A stretch of 64,000 bases of DNA from Azolla caroliniana (GCA_043228905.1 JBHGNT010000015.1:7378001-7442000), one strand, 5' to 3'. Counted from the first letter of the stretch, positions 39,602-52,519 are shown. Translations and numbers: made by a program. Notes: generated by a model not told the origin, from the sequence alone.

Positions 39602-41882
39602 CATAGCAGGCAGCACCACCACGACCCCAGAAAAGGAAGCAGGCGGAGGAAACGACACTACCGGTCCCGGAACCCCAAACCCAGCCGAGCAAGAGAAGAC
39701 GACTCAACTGCGAGTCCTCGGCAGAACAGAAAGAGCCACAACAGGAGCAAGCCTTAGTTGTCAGCTAGAGCAACCTGGCCATCATCCCTGAGGAGGCATC
39801 GCTGAACCAGGGAAAGATCGAGCATGGGCAGACAACGCAGATCTCGGAGGATGAAGTCCTTGGGTATAAAGACCTCCCCGCGGAGGCTTACGAATTTAGT
39901 GCGCTCCTATGCCTTAGTATGACATTCGAGCTGGTCGACTTCCTCGCCAGAGCCCAAGTCGCGGCAATCGCTCGAATGGTAGAAGAGCACGCCGAAACAA
40001 AAATGATTCAACGTGCGCTATTAGGTGAAATTGAGCCCCAGGAGGAGAGGGCTTTACAAAAAATAGGGAGAAAGAAGCAGGCAAAACATGCCGCTCTCCT
40101 CATGGAGGTCCCCGAGTTGAACACGGCCCTTATCGAGGCATATAGGGACCTGGATCGCACTACGTGGGTAGCCAAAGACATGGCCCGAAAGATAAAAACA
40201 GCCCAAAAACAGGCTAAGGTGGCTACGGAATTATGGCACGCTGCGAAACAGAAACTGGCAGCCTGGGAGCAAAACCGGCCGGAACAACAACTCTTGAGCC
40301 TTCCGGCCACGACCATCGAGGCCCTCCCAGCCCCTCCACGCATAACAATGATAGATGAAAGCACCATCACGGATTCAATCCTGACGATCCAGGCTAGCAC
40401 ACTAACGGACTCGTTACAAATGGTCGATGCCTGGACAACAACCGAGGCGGCCACGCCCATGGAGAAGACCGAGATACCACCCCCTCATCCACCCAAGGAG
40501 GTGGCAACCCAGACAGAACCCCCACTCTGGGATTACCGAGTGGAGCTTAAAGAAGAACAACGGCGGACCAAGAGACACAAACAACGACATCAGGAGGCCA
40601 TGGCTCGCTTAGAAGAAGAAGCTTCCAAACAGATGGCCGAGATTAGAGCCCATGCCGACCAAAGGATACACGAGCAGAACGAAGCACTGGGCCGGGTACA
40701 AGTGCAAGCCGCAGGCAAAGAAGCAGAACTCAAAAGCAAGCTGAAGGAATACGCGGCCACAATGGCAGAGAAAGAGAAGGAGGTCCTAGACCTACAGGCC
40801 GCGCTCGACAATGCGAAAGACTGGAACCACCGGCAGGAGGAAAGAAATCGCCAACGGGAGGAGAGAATGATCGCGGAGAATGCTGAGCTGCAGAGTCAGC
40901 GTACGACCCTTAAAGAAATGGTTGATGAGTTTTTCATCAAATGCAAGCTACTTTCGGAGCAAAAAGACGAATTATCTGATTCCTACTTCGCCCTACAAGA
41001 AGAGAGAATTGTCGAACGGGAACAAGTCCGGGCCGTGTGTCAAAAAGAATGGGAGAAAGCTACCGAAGAACTCACCAAGCATTACGAGCAGTCTATCTAG
41101 CTCGTAACCGTGGATGCAAAGAACACTCAAGCCACCTATGAATTACTAGCAAAGAAGCTTCAGGCCGAGGTCAACGGCTTAAACCAGGAATTGGCAACCG
41201 TCCGAGCACAGCCTGACATGGATGAGTCACGCATCAGAATACTGATCGAGAAACAGTGCCATCACCTCACCAAAAAGGTCGAGGAAACATTAAGTCGCGC
41301 AGGAGACGAATGGGCAGCCCAAGCTGCCGAATTCCATATTTTACGCGCCGACGCCGAGAACCGACGGAAGGAGGGCCGCGGCTTTTACAAAATGGACGAA
41401 GCCAGCATACAAAACCTGCGTGCAGATTTAACCGAGGATTACCAGTCCTTGGCAAAATCTCACACTGCGGCACTCGAGCAAATACTGGAGGACTTCAATG
41501 ACGGTCAGATGCTGTTTCGCCTGGAAGCAGAAGCCTTTGAACGAGAGAACGACTCGCATCCATCCCAACCAGCCCTCCAATGGCCACAGAGCAGAAGGAA
41601 GAACCTTCCAGTGAGGGGATCATGGACACGACACAGGAGGAACTCGCCCCGGCCAACAGACCTCCCGAGGACGCCCACACGGTACCAGATCTAGTCGAAG
41701 TAGAGGTCAGCGCCCTCGAACCCACACCACCACCAAAAGAATCGGCCGCACCTGAGGCAGACGCCCGAGAGGATATGACACCCCCGGACCAAACTCAACC
41801 CCCTGCACCGACAGTCCAACCAGACCACCCTGCCACCACCCCGGACCCCGAAAACATCCTCGACATCTTAAAAGAGGAATGA
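39602..41882 (+). pseudogene. C-terminal part of the extra ORF of element 2 (coiled coil, conserved block, ends ILDILKEE)
   Basis: ORF pieces 39919-41100, 41110-41694, 41580-41882. Homologous to 4811-6417. Confidence 0.78.
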
Positions 41883-41938
41883 AACGAGGATCACGCCTAA
41901 AAGGCAATTTTTGTAATATTGTTAGTATTTTGTAAGTC

Positions 41939-41978
41939 GTGGGTCCGACGGACAAGGTTCTGTCCCACGGGCGTGCCA
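41939..41978 (+). other. 40-nt tRNA-3'-end-like motif at the PPT position, complementary to the element's own PBS
   Basis: GTGGGTCCGAC-GGACAAGGTTC-TGTCCCACGGGCGTGCCA-gg-TGTTG(LTR). Confidence 0.92.
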
Positions 41979-44177
41979 GGTGTTGTCCAGAGGACAGAAA
42001 TGTAAAATTAGGAAATTAGCAAACGACGGTAGTGTAACCGAGTAGGAATGAACGCCAGAGAGCGCCGAGTCCGAGTATCATGGGACACCGACGGCTCGGC
42101 TGTGTATTAGGGGAAACGTTATTTAAACGAGGTCTAATACCTCAGAGCGCAGGGAGAAAAATATAGGCGGAAGCACTAGCTTAGTCCATCGTAACTAGAT
42201 AATCCTGTAAGGTCACCGGCCGTAGGCTATGTTCTGTAATCCTTTTGGTGTTGCAGTAATATATCTGATTTGTGTCCATTTTGCTCCATGTGTCTATGCT
42301 TTGGCTCATACTTATGATTTCAGCGCCGCCCACGCCTATCAAGACCTCGCTAGTGTTTTATCTCTGATCATTTCCTCCCTCACGACGCCTCTGTTTCGAG
42401 CCTTCACGTACCACGCCCTTGGATACCGATAGCCGCGGGTCTATCGAAGGTGTTCACCCAAAGGAACGGGTAACACATTGAGTCAAGATATTTGGAAAGG
42501 TTTTTGGAAAAAAAAAAGTTATTTGGAAAGTAGACATCCTTACGTGTAAGAAAGCCACACCATTTAATGAGAAATATGGCAAGATTAACCAACAAGTCAA
42601 CAAACACATACCTGAGCATTTTAAATTATATGTGCATGACACTCACCAAGTAGTTTGTGGAAAACCAACACAACTAGCCACAAAGCTTGGGATAAGTTGC
42701 GGCAGGCCCACACAAGAAAATAAAATAAATTTGGGTACTAATGAGAAACCGAAACCAATGGTCATAGTCATAGACCTTACCTCAACAAAGAAACGACACT
42801 CATTAGACTACTTTGAGATTTTAGGGATGTGTTTGTGTGGAGTTATGCAAAGAAGGAGATGTGACACATACCATCCATATGAACAAAAGTGTTGAAGTCA
42901 TGACATAGATGCCCTAAAATTATGATACATACCATCCCAATGGACAAAAAATGCTACACCCATTTCACAAAGGCCAAGGCCTATGAACCATCATTGTGCA
43001 CAAGTGTGCAATGAAGTGGAAAAAATGCCGAAAGCATGAATCAAGAATCCTATTGATTGTATCACGTAGGTATTCCCAATAGTTGTTCCAAAGAAAAAGC
43101 GTAAAATCTATATCTGCATTGACTTCTACAAAGTGATAAATTCACCATTTGTGACAACTACAATATTTGAGGTTGGTTGTAAGGATGTTGTCAGCCCCTT
43201 GTTGGTAAGTACTAAAGAGCAGGTCAATCCAAATGTTGTCTTATGTTCACTTTCAACGATAAGTGCTATTTGGTTATATCGTAAGAATTCTTCTATAAAA
43301 CTATAGGCCTCTTTCCTAGCTACTTATTCAAGCAAATGTTCTACGTACTACTTGTACCTTTTAGCATGCATAGAGCCTTCTTTATGCCATCTTTCACCTT
43401 AGACATACTTTCTACAAATAAATTTTGTGCACTTTCCTAGTCTTTTCAAAGGTGCATAATATTTTGCAATTCTAAAAGTCATCAATACCCACAAAATCAG
43501 AGAAGATCTTGATTCTCAACATCACAATGAGTAGAATGGGAAGGTTCACTTATCATATCTCATTATGAAATCTTTTTTTGTTCTCATAAGAGGTTCCTAA
43601 ATACTAGAAGTGGGATAGTAAAACTACACCAAACTTCTGAACATGTATCTCACATACAAGCTACTCCATATTAACTCGTCATTTGGGTTTTCTAACGTGT
43701 TGATGTTTACTGCCTACAACTCTAATTCGAAATGGAATTGATAATGAACATAATTACAACCTTAGCACAATCAATTTCTTACGTAAGTGATGAAATTGCC
43801 ACATGGTTGTTGCGAAATTTGAAATATGTTTGAGGGAACTATTACACAGTATTATAGAAACTTTGAATTGTTTATGGTAGGCTGGTAATGCCATGTCATA
43901 CTATTCTCCTCTCATCTGATTGGGTAGGAGAAATATAAACAAAGACTCCTTACATAAGGGATGGTATCGAATTTTCCTCATGTTGTTTTGAAAATGCCAA
44001 TATAGCTCTTGTATCAACATAACATGCCTCTAACCAATACCAATATATACTATACCTCGTGTGGTTTCTATATATACACGAATGTAGCTCTAGAAAAGTA
44101 AGAATTACCCATCTTTCTTGCAAATAGAAATTTGAGGGATTAGAATTTTAAAGATTAAATTAAAAATTTTATCCATA

Positions 44178-44246
44178 GCTTTCATAGCTCAGTTGGTTAG
44201 AGCATTAGTAAGCGGGAGGTCTTGAGTTCAACTCTCAATGAAAGCA
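44178..44246 (+). pseudogene. tRNA-Thr(AGT) pseudogene lacking the 5' strand of the anticodon stem
   Basis: Acceptor stem GCTTTCA/TGAAAGC, D arm GCTC..GAGC, loop TTAGTAA, T arm TTGAG-TTCAACT-CTCAA. Only 69 nt; the partner of GCGGG is missing. Confidence 0.88.
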
Positions 44247-45016
44247 ATTGTCTCTATTTCTCTTTATTGTCTCACTCCAAGACAAATTCCTACAAAAAAT
44301 TTGCTCGAATCTCCATGAAAGCATTTTCTTCTCATTCATTAGATCCCCAATTTACTGTAATTTACCAAGCCTTCCTTTTCACAAGCACCATTCACAACAT
44401 AAATTATATATCCATATTTAAATCAAACACAACGCTCATTTTAGTGGGCGAATTAGGTATACAAACACAAATGGTACTTGTTCTACATCTCAAGACAGTA
44501 GGATTGCATAAAGTTAAAACGAAACCATTGATGCCTCTTACAGTTGAACAATTTAAGGCCCAATCTAATGTTTATTATAAATGGAGTCATTTGCCATGCC
44601 TTTAGAATTGCTATGGATGTTTGAATGTCACAATTCCAGCTATATCACTATAACCCCCAAGATAAGGGTTTCAAATTGGCTGACATTATTGGATGAAAAA
44701 AGGTACTTGTTTCTTCCCCATTCATGCTTAAAATAACATTGGATTTAACAAAACAAATGTCAACCATAGGTGTTGTATAATCATTTATGACTTCCAAAAT
44801 TGAGAGAATTAGAGCGTTTGTTTGATAATAAGTTTACTTAGGTTCATATTACATCATCCTTGCCAACTAGATCACTCATGCATAGTTGAGATTCATAGGT
44901 GCCAACAAGTTAACAGCGCAATACATAGTTGAGCTTAATAGGTGGAGACTAGTCAATGAATAGTTGGAAGCAAGTGAATCATTGTGCTGAAGCTATTACA
45001 TGGATGTTTTCTTCCT

Positions 45017-47594
45017 CTATATACTGGAGCTTTTCAAAGAAGAGATTCGCTGACCAACTCTCCTCAACAAAAATTCTAGATCATTGTGAGCCTCATGGGA
45101 AGCCTCCATAGAATGCATTGTCCTTCAAAGAAAGCATTACGCATAAGCATGAAGCAAGTTTTAAACAGGTGATAAAGCATATAGCATAAACATTGCAACT
45201 CCAAAGAGTCTAAATCATAATGCAATTCTATACCTTCTAAAACTCATCTCCTTGAGTATGTCATCAATAGGAGGAACTTCATGCTTGGGTTCAAACCGCT
45301 AATCATGCACACAATTGTTTCCGTTAGAACTTGGAACCACCAATTAGAAATAATATTAGGAAAAACATATCTACCTGCACATTCTCTACAGCTAAAGACT
45401 TCATGTCAATCTTGACATGCAACTTGTACACCAAATCTTTTGCTGGTTTTTGTTGGTGCTTGTTTTGTTTAGCTTTCTGATGCTTAGTTGATAAACCTCT
45501 AAAGGTGAAGGTAACCACATCCTCTTCACAACTATCTACACTCCAATCACTAAAAAAAGTCATTACTTTGTTTAAGAGTTCTAACCTGCAAACAGACATC
45601 AACATGTCGAAACTTCAGTTTACCCATTCAGTTTGGCATGAAAAATAGATCTTATTATGATGTATGCATGTGAAACTGACTTTGTATGCATCTCATGTAA
45701 AGACTGTAAATATTTGTAATACTCCTCTAGTTTTAGATTCTCCTCATCCAGCTCCATTATCTGCAGAGAGGAGGCCGATCCCATATATCCATGGTCATGG
45801 GTTGCATCGTAATCAAAAACATAAAACATGAATGTAAAGAGGTTGTTTAAGGGATAGGAGTTTCACCTGAATTTCCATCTCTCCTGCAAGCCTTCTGAGT
45901 TCACAAGCCTTACTTTCAAGGTTGTCTACTTCGTTATTCAAAACTGTAGCTTCTTCCTACAAGAAGTTCAAATGTACTAAAAACTGTGTATAGACAATGA
46001 GTCCTAATCCTATTAAGAACCACATAATATATATCAATGGAACTTGTAATCTTGAACCTAAACACGAACCCTATATAAACAATACATGTGATTTACCTGT
46101 CTCTTAATAAAACAGGTTAACTAGTTTTACAAAAACATCTAATCATTTGAATTAAGAGCACATCAACAAATTTTTCATTCTACTTTTTGAACTCAGCTTC
46201 TCACAAACACTAGATTACGTTTTTGGAAAGGTCTTAAACATGTATTTTGAAAGCTGTTATGAATATTCTCGAGTATCCGGTAAATATTCAATTAGCTTGT
46301 AGTATTGGAAGCTCAGAAATATATACACCATAATAGAGCTGAATATATGCAGAACTGGACAAGGAGAAAAATAAAGAAACACATCAGCATAGCATGTGAC
46401 CTATAGAATCCTTATAATATGTAACCAATGGAATATCTATCGAAATCCAATAGCAAAGAATCTCGAGAATATTGAAAAAGATTTTAGTTTGCTTACCATT
46501 TCATCTCCCGCCTGCTTGGATCCCTCTAGTAACTGGAATTGGCAACAATCACACATTATCAGCTATAGAATGTACATCATCATAGTATTCGGTGTTTAAG
46601 CTTCAAATGCCATACTTTTCTATCACATTCATCAAAGTGATTCAGTACAGACTCCATTAGCTGGGGGAAGTTTTCCATTGCTACACCAAATCAAAGTGAA
46701 TCAAATAAGTATGTACATCAACAGTAATGTAATGATAAGTTGTACAAGAGGCACCTGCTGCAAATGTGCCAATGAGAGTTCCAATTTCTTGACGTTCCTT
46801 TGATAATGCGGATCGTACATCATCAAGTTGATTTTCTAGAACTTGCAAATCACTTTCTGAATGAATCCAATACATACTTCAGAACATCAAAAGTTTTTCC
46901 AGTGAATCATATAGTGCATGCTTCATCAGCAAAATAAAGTGACATGAAGGGGTTGATTTATATACACCCAACATAATAAATCAAAGCATTTCATCTTACT
47001 GTTGACTCATAACACAACTTATGCACATTTCCTATTTTCACAGAAAAGTGATTAGAATAATGTAGAATTGGTACACATAGCTTGACTCTGCCACGCTTTT
47101 ACAGACTTTTCAGTAGATAGTTCCAACTAATACACTTAATAATGACAGGACATGGAGAGTTTGATTCCATGAGCTCAATCCCTATTTTAACCAGTGGAAG
47201 GCCAGTATAACTATAATTCATGCTCGTATTAAAAATTGCAATATTCCCAGAGTCCAAACTAAGTATAAAATAATAATTCTGATGAATAAAGTGAAGTAAA
47301 TAAACTGTGTTTAACTACTGATAATTTTACATGGTACCTGCAAGCATAACTAAAGACATGATTCAAAGCCATTGACAATCATTATTCACATAATGTACCC
47401 AACCACAAAACCATATACAAATAATTTTCGAATCTGGCATAGAAATATGATTCAAAAGTATTGAATGCATTATACATGGACGCAATGCCTTCAGAGAGTA
47501 AACATAACAAATCTGAATCTAAAATAGTCTGTGCTGTGCTTATACATACATACATACATACATACATACATACATACATACATACATACATACA

Positions 47595-47643
<49 letters not shown>

Positions 47644-48523
47644 GTTCGCATGTGCATGTGTAATAGGTAGTTATACATTTTCATGCAAATTCATACCATA
47701 CGTGAACATGTATTGTGACCTAATCAAATTCAACACAAAGACCAAGACACCAATCTTGGAATATCCAGAAAAAACTAGTTTAAAGACCAAAACCAAGTAA
47801 TCAAAAGTTGAAATTGGAATTGTGGATCCAACAAAATACCGTTCACATCCTCAACTGCAGACTCTGGTTCTAAGTAGCTCTCCAAAAACAGATTTTCAGT
47901 TTGAACCTGAAGAACTTCCTTCTTAAGTTGCATATACTCATTCTACAAAAGAAAACTTCATTCAGTTTGATCCGGCTGGATGTACCATTTCTTGAAAAAA
48001 ATCAATTTTACATTCACCATTCGCAACCAGTTTCAATATTTCCCGATAACCTAAAACAATTTTTGGATCAAACTGAAGACATACAGAAGTGCATTCTTTC
48101 AGTGTGATCCCCTAAACTCCTTTGATTTCAATTACCCATAGCTTGGAAGGATCAACATCAGCATACTCAGCTGCCGTCAGCTTGAGCGGTTCAATGAGTT
48201 CACTTGTATCAGACACATCGTCCCTACATCTTGCCAAGTCTCTGTTCGAAGGAAACAGGCAATAAAAAGAAAGGAAGATTCTTGAGCGATGGGATCTGCC
48301 TTGAAACGAAGCCAAGATGAATTGCATACATGATTATACAAAATGATGAGGAAATGACGACGATGAAGGAGGAGAAGAACCTGCGGATATTGAGAGCCTG
48401 AGTTGGAGGAGATATAGCTGTGGCAACGGGGATGTTCTCAAAATCGAGACGTTTCACCGTCAGATCAGCTGAGAGAGGACTGAGCGGGAGTGGGGGGGAG
48501 CTTCCATGGCTGTGACTGTACAT
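45017..48523 (-). CDS. Coiled-coil/RWD kinetochore protein, ZWINT1-like (At3g23910 family), 356 aa. Exons 48523-48381, 48241-48136, 47906-47840, 46856-46755, 46680-46616, 46532-46497, 45956-45867, 45760-45681, 45585-45375, 45298-45234, 45122-45017
   Basis: 11 exons with GT-AG introns and consistent phase (1071 nt, open). Coiled coils ([12 protein letters not shown].., IMELDEEN..) then an RWD-like region (..[21 protein letters not shown]). Gene structure is solid; family identity is from recalled similarity only. Confidence 0.75.
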
Positions 48524-48690
48524 CTGTACGTAACCTCTTTTTCTTCTGTGTCTTACTACGGATTCCTTCCCTCTTTCCTTTTGGTATGGCCTCCTTCTGT
48601 CTCTATCTCTATCTCTATCTCTATCTCTATCTCTATCTCTATCTCTATTTCTTTCTCTATCTGTGTCTGTGTCTGTGTGCGTCCGTCTGC

Positions 48691-48698
48691 TAGGGTTT
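48691..48698 (-). promoter_or_regulatory. Telo-box AAACCCTA in the 5' region of the minus-strand gene
   Basis: TAGGGTTT on the plus strand about 170 nt upstream of the ATG, next to an (ATAGAG)n repeat. Confidence 0.5.
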
Positions 48699-49269
48699 CA
48701 ATCTGCTTCTCTGTCTGTCGGAACCGCAATCTCTCTTCTCGCCACAATTTTCAAATTTCAAATTTCAATTGTCTCAAAGCTTAACAGTATATGTATAATA
48801 AACAGTATATGTATATGTATGTACTTCCTTCATTCACTCTCTGGATGATGATGATGAGGATTATTATGGAGATACATACATATGTCCTGATACATCATAC
48901 ATCACATACATAGAGTGAACCATACGTGCATTCGCGTTCGAGAATGATTCAATCAGACATGTATGGGAAATCATCTGAATGTTGGATTGGATTTATAAGT
49001 TGAAAAATAATAATAATAATAAGGATTGGAATTTCAAAAAATGACTATGGTCTAACACAATTGAAAGTTCAAAACTTAGGAATTACTTAACTACTAAACA
49101 TTAGAAAGCACTAGAAAGCACGAACATAAAAATCAAATTGTTCAAAGTCATATGTAATTGTATTGATGATGAGCTCATCTTGCAATTATCAATGTTCTCA
49201 TCTCGCAACAGTTAGTGAAGGTATCAATTTCTTCACTTTAGAAACTAAATGCAGAAACAATTACCAACA

Positions 49270-50025
49270 CATTTCCCCTTCCTTTTACGGATACCATGTT
49301 GGACGTACTGGCAGGCCACGAGAGGTACAACTTTCTAGACAGGTTCAGTGGCTACAATCAAATCCGAATGCACCCCGAGGACCAGGAAAAGACAACATTT
49401 GTGACTGAGTGGGGTGTTTTTGTGGCCGTAGCAATGATGTTCGGGTTGAAGACAACACCTGCCACATTCCAACGTAGCATCGAATATATTTTGGCCTTAA
49501 TGCAAGTATTTCTAGATGACTTTGTTGTTTACGGCCGCCAACTGGAGCATCTCGATTAGTTACGTCTCTACTTGGAACGTTGTCAACAAGCTCAGCTAAA
49601 CCTTATTCCGGCGAAATGTGCATTTAATGTATTGAGTGGTGCCCTACTCGGGCATATCGTGAGTTGAGATGGGATCGCAATGGACCTAGACAAAGTAAAT
49701 ACCATCCTGGCCGCTCCAGCTCCGACCACCGCAAAGGCTCTTAGCTAGTTTTTAGGGCAAATTCGATGGCATAGCCGAATGCGATGATACTTGGCCGATT
49801 TCGCGACGCCGCTACATGCAACGGTTCACAAAACACCCTTTTGATGGACGACAATAGAAGATGAAGCATACAAGGCTCTAAAGATCATGTTGTCTCATGC
49901 GTCGGTTGTACAACCGCCCGATTGGTCACAACCCTTCCATGTTTTTATCGATGCATCCGACGTGGCCATCGGGAGTGCAATAATGCATATGACACCTCTG
50001 AATTGGTACCGGCCAATCTACTATG
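49270..50025 (+). mobile_element. RT-RNase H fragment of the same Gypsy lineage as elements 1 and 2
   Basis: FSGYNQIRMHPEDQEKT, VFLDDF, FIDASD, NWYRPIYY. Confidence 0.9.
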
Positions 50026-51210
50026 TGTTAGGGATAGTACTAGAGGCAAGGAGAATTAGTACTAAAGATAGAGGAGAAGAATGAGTATTAGTACTAAGAT
50101 GGGAAAGAGTGTATGAGAACCACGTGAGAGAGAGAGAGAGAGAGAGAGATAATAATGCCCAGATGGATGTAGCTCAATTGGTAAGTTTGCCTAGATGGAG
50201 ACCAGGTGGTCATGGGTTCAACCCTTACATTCCACAATGGCATCTAGTTAATTAAAAAGAGATATATATGAAGTATATGATAGAGAGGTGAGGAAGTTGC
50301 GTTTCAAACCCACAACGCAATGCTTGTAGTGCTAACAACTTACCACTAGGGTAAGGTAATTACAATAAAAAAAAAAAGAGAGAGATAATGATGACAATAA
50401 GAAGTATATTATATTATATAAAGAAAGATACAAGAATAACTAGGAGGCTTATGACTGGCACTGAACTGAATTGGTTCGGAATAATGTCTTATGCCTCTAT
50501 TTAAAGTGTTGTGAAGATTACTCTTGAAGTTTCTAGAATGTTCTTGAGTAATCTAGAATATACATGAATTTCCTATAGAAATAATAAATGAAACTAATAT
50601 CTTTTGTATTACAATTTATGGTTTAATGGTAAGGGTTCAACCCATGTAACACAATGTCATGGGTCCAAATCCCTTCGGAGCCATACCATGCCATATCATG
50701 ACACTACCCCCCCCCCCCCCCCCCCCCCCTTTAAGATGACGAGTGTGACTAATCGTCTTAGATGGAGGACCCGGTTTCTCGGGATATTGTTGATGGAAGT
50801 TCTAAATAAGAGCTTGAGCATTTGCGACATTCTAGACTGGTTCTCAAGTACGCTCGCTTGGACTATAGCCTAGCCAATCGACCAAGTAGTAGAGCTTGTT
50901 GCGAACAATCTTGGAATCAAGGATGGCAGCAACTTCATACTCCGATCCTACGTCAAGCTTGATCGGGGGTGGAGGTGGTGTAATACGATTAAGAATGGTG
51001 TTATCTTGATAGGGTTCGAGAAAACAACTATGAAAAACCAGATGTAACCGTAGTTGCAGAGGTAGATCAAGACGAAAAGTGAAATCATTAATTTTTCCGA
51101 TAATACGGAAATGACCTAATCGTCGATAATCCAATATATTGCATGGTCGAGTAGTCTTGATGTGTCGTCGTAACAACCATACTCGATTTCCAATGTCAAA
51201 ACAGGACGGA
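50026..51210 (-). mobile_element. Chromovirus (possibly Tcn1-like) 3' end: integrase tail with chromodomain, poly-G PPT, LTR 50703-50026
   Basis: EYEVAAILDSKIVRNKLYYLVDWLGY, then a G-run and TGTCATGA...TAACA. Confidence 0.88.
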
Positions 51211-51214
51211 AGCC

Positions 51215-51621
51215 GATGAGGATCTGCATAAGCCTTCTGTGTTTGTTGAGGTTGATGTAAATGGGGTTGTTGAGCTTCTCTCCCAAGGGGGTTTCGATAG
51301 TGAGAGAGCTAGAGAGAAAGACAGATAGAAAATGACATAAAATGTGAGAGGGGAAAAAGGTATATCCATTACATGCCCCATAAGGGGTTTATATAATACA
51401 TAATGTAATGGTAAATAATGACCGTTACAAAAAGACGACCATTACACTCTTGTCACATGCACATAATTGTGCATGTGCTCACACATACTCATCCTCACAC
51501 ATTCGTATACATATTACATATTACACACCACACGATACACATTATACCCTATTCATCCCGTACACCTATACGGATAACACATGGCACGCTTGTGGGACAG
51601 TGCATTGCCCGTTGAACCCAC
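51215..51621 (-). mobile_element. 'Element 3': truncated LTR starting at 51579, preceded by the 40-nt tRNA-like motif (51621-51582)
   Basis: Minus strand reads ..GCGTGCCA-tg-TGTTA. TATATAAA..ATGTAATGGATA followed by a CT-rich tract fixes the orientation and parallels the element 1 LTR. Confidence 0.75.
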
Positions 51622-52519
51622 AAGCCCATGCCGAAAAAACTCTTATTGACCGGAACTCCATCGGTCTTCTCTCACAGTTGGAAATTCCTCAACCGGATTA
51701 CTGCTCGACGATCAATAACTTCGATCGGAGCTAGCTTGACACAAACTTTCTCGTTTGGTCAGCATAATCGCACGATTGGATCGCACACCAATCGTTTTAT
51801 CCACGATGGTACCGTTATTTAGGTTTATTAATAATTGTGGGTGTGTATATATAGACATATATATGTTTTTCTTGTGTAGTGATGAGTTGTGTTTCCGAAA
51901 TTTTATGTCTTACCCCTCGGGATTTTTTTTCTAAAATTATATTAAGTACCCTCCGGTTTTAGAAATTTCATGTCCCGCCCTTCTATTTCCAAAATTTGTC
52001 TGCATGCCCTCGAGTTTCTGAAATTTTTCTTTCTACCCCTTTCTCTTTTCTCTTTCTTCGATTTTTGAAATTCGTATTCCAGCCTTTCGATTCTAGCGGA
52101 TGGCGGTGGTGATGATTGTAGTGACATCCAATTTATCAACAATCTTATCATCTTTAATTTTTTACCATAAAACATATGCTCCATTGGTATTAATAAAAAG
52201 CCTGGAGACAGTATACAAATAGTACATAATATTGTTTCATCTCCACCAGTATATCTGAAATGATTCTAGTATTTGTAAAAACTGTTGGGAAAAAAAAAAA
52301 CAGCCATAAAACACAGCATTGATTCCAGTGATCTGCTGCAGATTCCATGTCCTCCGTCTTTCTAATCATATGTGTCAGGTGTAAGAAGATTTCCGTCTCT
52401 GTAAGAAGATTCACCATCCCAACAGAAACAATTGCAAACAGATCTGAAGTGATTCCAACATTTGTAAAAACTGTTGGGGAGAAAAAAACAGACCATGAAA
52501 ATGAAATGTACTATACTAA

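Larger units (their letters stand above)
35045..42475 (+). mobile_element. Ty3/Gypsy non-chromovirus 'element 2' with both LTRs (35045-35538, 41981-42475); integrase deleted
   Basis: LTR pair about 95% identical by eye, TGTT...AACA termini, TSD CATTG (35040-35044, 42476-42480), PBS TGGCACGCCCG at 35544-35554. Confidence 0.96.
34140..43140 (+). mobile_element. Old degenerate Gypsy split by element 2 (protease remnant about 34140-34600, RT remnant about 42720-43140)
   Basis: AILDTS protease-like stretch. INLGTNEKPKPMVI and VVPKK..KIYICIDF remnants. Confidence 0.55.

Noticed and set aside
22313-48523. Two cell-division genes as neighbours, suggesting a functional cluster
   Set aside because: Convergent and 19 kb apart; two genes are compatible with chance without synteny data.
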